Assembly (NCBI GenBank): GCA_902556405.1
Contig: CACDWF010000004.1
Span: 19,519-83,518, forward strand
Direction: 5' to 3'
Source: an uncultured Alphaproteobacteria bacterium
GTDB taxonomy: Bacteria > Pseudomonadota > Alphaproteobacteria > Rhodobacterales > Rhodobacteraceae
Length of the DNA stretch: 64,000 nucleotides
Shown: positions 59,408-64,000 of the stretch, piece by piece
Position numbering within the stretch: the first letter of the stretch is position 1
Layout of the letters: each line of letters begins with the position of its first letter
Program-made: the position numbers and the translations under genes
The notes under the pieces: model-generated
Told to the model about the DNA's origin: nothing
Seen by the model: the letters and a program-made list of their open reading frames with translations, nothing else
Database searches by the model: none

Positions 59408-61183
59408 TTAAAATTGATTTGCTGCCAAGCTCATCACTTGTTTCTCTCCAGTTAGAATCTTGTCTAATCTAAGTTGGGTTTCTGGTAGCTGTCGGTTCAT
59501 AAAATACGAACCTGTCAAAATTTTTGCCTCGAGGAAATTCTTATTAGAGGGAGAATTTTTCAGTTGATCTCTGGCAGATTGAGCCTTTTTAGCCCAGATA
59601 AATCCAAGGGACACTAACCCTACTAAGTGGAGAAAATCAGTTGCGCCAGAAACAGCGCTCAGTGGATTCTTTAACCCATTTTCCATGAAAAACATCAACG
59701 CTGACTGCAAATGTCCGATTGATTTTTTCAGTGGGATAATAAAGTCATTTTTAAAATCGTTAGAATGCTCTTCATTCATGAAACTCTGAATTAAATTAAG
59801 ATACTCTCGCATATGTTTTCCGCCATCCATAGCTAGCTTTCTTCCAACTAAATCAAGAGCTTGGATGCCATTCGTACCCTCGTAAATCATTGCAATCCGA
59901 CAATCTCTAGCGTATTGGCTCATACCCCATTCCTCAATATAGCCATGTCCACCAAAAACTTGTTGGGCGTTTATAGTGTACTCAAAACCCTTATCTGTAA
60001 CGTAACCTTTAATAACAGGAATTAACAGACTTGCAATTCCCTCAGCACCTTTATCCCCCTCTCTTTTTGCTTTATCTAGAAGAACCGCAGCCCAAGCGAT
60101 AAAGCCTCTTGCCCCTTCAATAAATGACTTTTGCTCCATAAGATTTCTTCTAACATCTGGATGAACGATGATTGGGTCCGCGCTCTGGTCTGGATCGGCT
60201 TTTCCTTTAATTGCTCGCCCCTGTCTTCTGTCTTTTGCATAAGTTAGTGCCGCTTGATAAGCTATTTCGGCTTGGGCTAAACCCTGCATTCCTACCCCTA
60301 GTCGAGCCTCATTCATCATTGTGAACATTGCTCTAAGACCTTTGTTTTCTTCGCCAACGAGATAGCCCGTTGCGCCATCATAATTCATAACACAGGTAGC
60401 GTTGCCTTTGATACCCATCTTTTTTTCAATTTTTCCAACTGATAATTTATTTCTTTCCCCTAATGAACCATTTTCATTGACCAGAAACTTTGGTACTACA
60501 AACAAAGATATACCTTTTACGCCCTCTAGAGCATCGGGTGTTTTAGCTAAGACTAAATGTATGATATTTTCCGATAAGTCATGATCGCCAGAGGAGATAA
60601 AAATTTTCTGACCTGAAATTTGATATGATCCATTCTCAGTAGGAATTGCTTTAGTCCTTATCAAACCTAAGTCTGTGCCACAATGAGGTTCGGTTAAATT
60701 CATTGTTCCGGTCCACTCACAAGTGGCTAATTTAGGCAAATACATTTGTTTTTGATCCTGAGAACCGTGAAGCAAAATAGCAGAATATGCTCCCCTTGAG
60801 AGGCCGCTATACATGGTTAAAGACATATTAGCACTTGTAAACATTTCGTTTGTGACCGTAGACAGTATCAAAGGTAAGTTTTGCCCACCGAATTCCTCTT
60901 CAATATCAAGAGACAGCCAGCCGCCTGCTCTTAGCTGATCAAAAGCAAGTTTGAAACTGTTTGGTGTCCGCACAATTCCATTTTCTAATATACATCCCTG
61001 CTCATCGCCATCTTTGTTTGAGGGAGAAATAACTTCGCTTGCTAATTTACCGGCTTCTTCAAATATAGTTTTGGTAAATTCAGGCAATAGATCCTCATAG
61101 CCCCTGATGTTCTCTTTCTCAATCTTAAGAAAATGGTGAAGTATGAAATTGAAATCTTCTAGTGGTGGTTTGTATGAATGCAT
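59408..61183 (-). CDS. Large acyl-CoA dehydrogenase (about 590 aa, FadE-like with C-terminal extension)
   Basis: ACAD motifs (LTEPHCGTDL, GGHGYIEE, IYEGTNGIQ) plus an extra C-terminal helical domain. Confidence 0.88.
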   Translation of the reverse strand: MHSYKPPLEDFNFILHHFLKIEKENIRGYEDLLPEFTKTIFEEAGKLASEVISPSNKDGDEQGCILENGIVRTPNSFKLAFDQLRAGGWLSLDIEEEFGGQNLPLILSTVTNEMFTSANMSLTMYSGLSRGAYSAILLHGSQDQKQMYLPKLATCEWTGTMNLTEPHCGTDLGLIRTKAIPTENGSYQISGQKIFISSGDHDLSENIIHLVLAKTPDALEGVKGISLFVVPKFLVNENGSLGERNKLSVGKIEKKMGIKGNATCVMNYDGATGYLVGEENKGLRAMFTMMNEARLGVGMQGLAQAEIAYQAALTYAKDRRQGRAIKGKADPDQSADPIIVHPDVRRNLMEQKSFIEGARGFIAWAAVLLDKAKREGDKGAEGIASLLIPVIKGYVTDKGFEYTINAQQVFGGHGYIEEWGMSQYARDCRIAMIYEGTNGIQALDLVGRKLAMDGGKHMREYLNLIQSFMNEEHSNDFKNDFIIPLKKSIGHLQSALMFFMENGLKNPLSAVSGATDFLHLVGLVSLGFIWAKKAQSARDQLKNSPSNKNFLEAKILTGSYFMNRQLPETQLRLDKILTGEKQVMSLAANQF

Positions 61184-61202
61184 ATTTTATCTTTCCGTTT
61201 TT

Positions 61203-61625
61203 TTACAAATCTCGCGAGTCTGCACCTCTTTTGAGGAGCAAATCTTTACAAAGTTCAAGTTGAGACTTTAAGTCTTTTATAGCCATGCCCAACTCTTTCT
61301 TTTGTTCTTCCATTGAAGATAGTCTCTTTAAACCAAGTTGGTAGGTTTGCTTGATTTGTCTAGTACGATGATCACCAAAATTATATAAATTAAGCAGCTG
61401 CCTTATCTCTTCTAAGCTGAAGCCAAATCGCTTTCCTTGCATAATTAATTTCATTCTTCCCCTATCACTCTTGGTGAATAAACGATGTTGACCCTTTCTG
61501 ATTGGAAACAATAGCTCTTTTGATTCGTAAAACCGCAATGTTCGAGCGCTAACCTGGAACAGTTTACACATCTCTGTAATGGTGTTAACTTTATGTTCCT
61601 TACTTTTTGTGGGAATTACATTCAT
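61203..61625 (-). CDS. MerR-family transcriptional regulator
   Basis: N-terminal wHTH ITEMCKLFQVSARTLRFYESKELL plus coiled-coil dimerisation helix. First gene of the beta-oxidation operon. Confidence 0.85.
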   Translation of the reverse strand: MNVIPTKSKEHKVNTITEMCKLFQVSARTLRFYESKELLFPIRKGQHRLFTKSDRGRMKLIMQGKRFGFSLEEIRQLLNLYNFGDHRTRQIKQTYQLGLKRLSSMEEQKKELGMAIKDLKSQLELCKDLLLKRGADSRDL

Positions 61626-61650
61626 CGTACTACCTCCAGCTGATATTAAT

Positions 61651-61666
61651 TTGACGTTTACGTCAA
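61651..61666. promoter_or_regulatory. Perfect 16-bp palindrome TTGACGTTTACGTCAA, candidate MerR-type operator
   Basis: Read directly, 26 nt upstream of the MerR ATG (RBS GGAGG lies between) and 81 nt upstream of the divergent MATE gene. Confidence 0.5.
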
Positions 61667-61746
61667 GTTTAACTATTCAAGCATATTACCAATTTGTCCA
61701 TATGGTCAATTTATTTTTATAGTTTTAATTATTTTGTGAATATAAG

Positions 61747-63069
61747 ATGCGCAGCCAGTTTTTAACTAAAATTGATAAAAGAGTATTAAGTCTTGCTTAC
61801 CCTATAATCTTGGCAAACATCTCCATTCCATTACTCGGTCTGACAGACACCACTGTAATTGGTCATTTGGGTGCTCTCGATGTTCTCGCAGGTATTTCTA
61901 TTGGAGCAGTTTTGATGGGCTCTATGTACTGGTTCTTTGGTTTTTTAAGAATGGGTGTCACAGGACTAGTCGCACAAGCTAGGGGTGCAAACGAGTATGT
62001 TGAAGTATCTAGTATATTGGTTAGGGGTCTAGTTATCGCTGCTGTCGGTGGAATTATATTGATAGCGTTTCACTCGTTTTTATTTTCCGCTATTTTTTAT
62101 TTTTTGGTGGGCGCGGAAGACGCTGAGAAATTGGCAATGGAATATATGTCGATAAGAGTCTTTGGAGCACCGTTTGCTATTTCTATGTTCGTCTTTGTTG
62201 GTTGGTTATTTGGAATGGGAAAAACCTTTTCCGCTCTTAGCTTATTGGTTTGCGTTAACCTTTTAAACATACTACTGGACATTATATTTGTAAATTTTCT
62301 TTATCTGGGAATTGCTGGCGTCGCCTATGCCACATTAGTATCTGAATTTTGTGGTTTTTGTTTAGGTATATATTTGTGTAGAGAGTTTTTACTCAATAAA
62401 GAACAAATAAAAGGTCGAGCAATTTTTTTATCTAACAAATGGAAATCCTTTATTTTTTTGAACGCAAATATCGTTTTAAGGTCAATACTTCTCCAATCTG
62501 TTTTTTTATCATACCTTATCTTTGGGACACTTTTTGGCTCTGAAATTTTGGCTGCTAACCATATCTTGTCACAAATTATTTTTCTATCAGCCTATGCCCT
62601 CGATGGTATAGCTTTTTCTTCTGAGATTTTAGTAGGAGAGGCAATCGGTCAAAAGAGACTTCAATCATTTAAAAAAATAGTTAGGTCCTCTTTAAAGCTT
62701 GGCTTTATATTTTCAAGTGTTATTGGTATTTTCTTCTATTTGTTGGGCGTATTAATTATTGACTTAATGACCAGCCTAAAATCGGTGAGACTAATTTGTT
62801 ATGAGTATATAGTATGGATAGCAATAATACCTTTCATCAGTGTTTCTTCTTATGTTTATGACGGTATATTTCTTGGTGCAGCAAGGGGAAAAGAAATTAG
62901 GGTTGCAATGACTCAATCATTTGCAATTTTTTTTATTTGCGTAATTGGCCTTGTCCCCTTGATGGGAAACATTGGGTTATGGACTTCCATTGTAGTTTTC
63001 AATGCGGTAAGAGCTCTAACTTTATGGGCTAAAGTAGATAGGATCGAGGCTTCTTTCTCATCTAATTAG
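61747..63069 (+). CDS. MATE-family efflux transporter (DinF/NorM-like)
   Basis: 440 aa with about 12 hydrophobic segments. N-terminal LAYPIILANISIPLLGLTDTTVIGHLG is typical of MATE. Confidence 0.85.
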   Translation: MRSQFLTKIDKRVLSLAYPIILANISIPLLGLTDTTVIGHLGALDVLAGISIGAVLMGSMYWFFGFLRMGVTGLVAQARGANEYVEVSSILVRGLVIAAVGGIILIAFHSFLFSAIFYFLVGAEDAEKLAMEYMSIRVFGAPFAISMFVFVGWLFGMGKTFSALSLLVCVNLLNILLDIIFVNFLYLGIAGVAYATLVSEFCGFCLGIYLCREFLLNKEQIKGRAIFLSNKWKSFIFLNANIVLRSILLQSVFLSYLIFGTLFGSEILAANHILSQIIFLSAYALDGIAFSSEILVGEAIGQKRLQSFKKIVRSSLKLGFIFSSVIGIFFYLLGVLIIDLMTSLKSVRLICYEYIVWIAIIPFISVSSYVYDGIFLGAARGKEIRVAMTQSFAIFFICVIGLVPLMGNIGLWTSIVVFNAVRALTLWAKVDRIEASFSSN

Positions 63070-64000
63070 AGCCCCCACAGCTCCGTCAATAGAGTTATAT
63101 CCATCACTTAATAAAAGATTTTTAAGCTCCATCTCCATCCTTTTAATATGCATAGGCCCGTTGTAGACAAATCCTGTGTAGATTTGTACAGCTGAGGCCC
63201 CCAACATGATTTTTTCATATATGTCTGATGCTGAGAATATACCGCCTACTCCAATTAGAACCGTTGATGCATTTTTCCTTTTTGCAAGTAATCTCAATAT
63301 TTTGTTTGATTGATTAAAAAGCGGTTTACCAGATAAGCCTCCTTCAAAACTGTTGGGGTTTTTTAAGTTTTTTGGGTTGATTGTTGTATTGGTTGCGATT
63401 AGCCCAGACACATAATTTTCTTCACACACACTAAGGATTTCAGTCACAATACTATCGTTAAGATCAGGTGCAATCTTTATAAAAATAGGTACTTTCCTTT
63501 TTAACGAAACATTAATGGTATTAACATCCTGCAAGATCTGTTCTAGCGTTTCAGGCTTTTGTAAATCTCTAAGATTTTTTGTGTTTGGTGAAGATACATT
63601 TATTGTTACATAGTCGAATAGATGAGCTATAAACTCAAAAACATTCGTGTAGTCCAGAATCTTATTTATACTTTTTGCGTTGGCCCCTATATTCACTCCT
63701 ACAATTCCCAGCTTAGGCTTTTCAGCGATTTTTGAAACGTGTAACATGCCTTTGTTATTGAAACCCATCCTATTAATTAGAGCTTTCTCTTCTGGGAGTC
63801 TAAATAATCGTGGTTTTGGATTGCCAAATTGTGGATCTGGAGTAATAGTACCAACTTCTACAAAACCAAAACCTAACGAGAGAGTAGCGTTGAAGACCTC
63901 AGCATTCTTATCAAAGCCTGCGGCTAATCCTATTGGTGAAGGTACTTCCATCCCACATATTTTTGTTTTCAACATAGGATTACCAATTTTTCTTTTTTTG
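63058..64000 (-). CDS. pyrD: Dihydroorotate dehydrogenase (quinone), class 2; N-terminus outside the window
   Basis: GLAAGFDKNAE, NVSSPNT and GGI motifs. The reading frame stays open upstream of the M at 63975 to the window edge (KKRKIGNP...). Confidence 0.88.
   Translation of the reverse strand, partial: KKRKIGNPMLKTKICGMEVPSPIGLAAGFDKNAEVFNATLSLGFGFVEVGTITPDPQFGNPKPRLFRLPEEKALINRMGFNNKGMLHVSKIAEKPKLGIVGVNIGANAKSINKILDYTNVFEFIAHLFDYVTINVSSPNTKNLRDLQKPETLEQILQDVNTINVSLKRKVPIFIKIAPDLNDSIVTEILSVCEENYVSGLIATNTTINPKNLKNPNSFEGGLSGKPLFNQSNKILRLLAKRKNASTVLIGVGGIFSASDIYEKIMLGASAVQIYTGFVYNGPMHIKRMEMELKNLLLSDGYNSIDGAVGALIR

Noticed and set aside
1-64000. Whole-window look for CRISPR arrays, IS elements or transposases, prophage genes, restriction-modification or other defence modules, toxin-antitoxin pairs and long direct or inverted repeats.
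   Set aside because: Nothing of the kind was recognised. Every ORF over 100 aa outside shadow frames has a housekeeping or metabolic assignment, or is a single small hypothetical. An exhaustive repeat search by eye is not possible, so short dispersed repeats could have been missed.

Overview
The window is a visibly AT-rich, very tightly packed chromosomal segment. Its gene order is typical of an alphaproteobacterial core genome, and the tight packing suggests a streamlined, free-living lineage (inference).

Conserved blocks, in order:
- spoT(3' part)-DUF2062-pdxJ-acpS-lepB-rnc-era-DUF1491-recO
- acyl-CoA dehydrogenase, DUF429, pckA; rapZ
- etfBA, PduO-type adenosyltransferase, HIG1 twin-TM protein; parC
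- nrdR-ribD-ribE-ribB(X)-ribH-nusB; dnaG-rpoD; RluD-like synthase; rpoH; pheA; membrane cytochrome c
- an ImuA/SulA-like gene; fused 5-oxoprolinase; nudC
- ffs(SRP RNA)-dnaX-ybaB-recR; an acyl-CoA synthetase; gap; tRNA-Glu(UUC); recJ
- glyA-(small lipoprotein)-aminotransferase-hom
- nadK-hdaA-ppk-ppx-proS-lolCE-lolD
- a MerR-headed beta-oxidation operon (acyl-CoA dehydrogenase, thiolase, FadB-like, acyl-CoA ligase, degenerate M48-like protein); a MATE exporter; pyrD (5' end outside the window)

I see no transposase, integrase, phage genes, CRISPR array, toxin-antitoxin pair or recognisable defence island, and every large ORF looks intact. I cannot support a claim of a novel multi-gene system here; this reads as an ordinary core region.

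Best leads:
1. An orphan ImuA/SulA-like gene sits directly behind a GAAC-N7-GAAC alphaproteobacterial LexA-box match, with no imuB/dnaE2 downstream.
2. An M48-peptidase homologue lacking all HExxH residues is translationally coupled to the end of the beta-oxidation operon.
3. A perfect 16-bp palindrome lies in front of the MerR regulator gene.
4. A 4.5S-type SRP RNA is absent from the ORF track and is overlapped by an over-extended nudC ORF call.

All functional calls come from reading motifs in the supplied translations and from remembered family features. No database search or computation was run.
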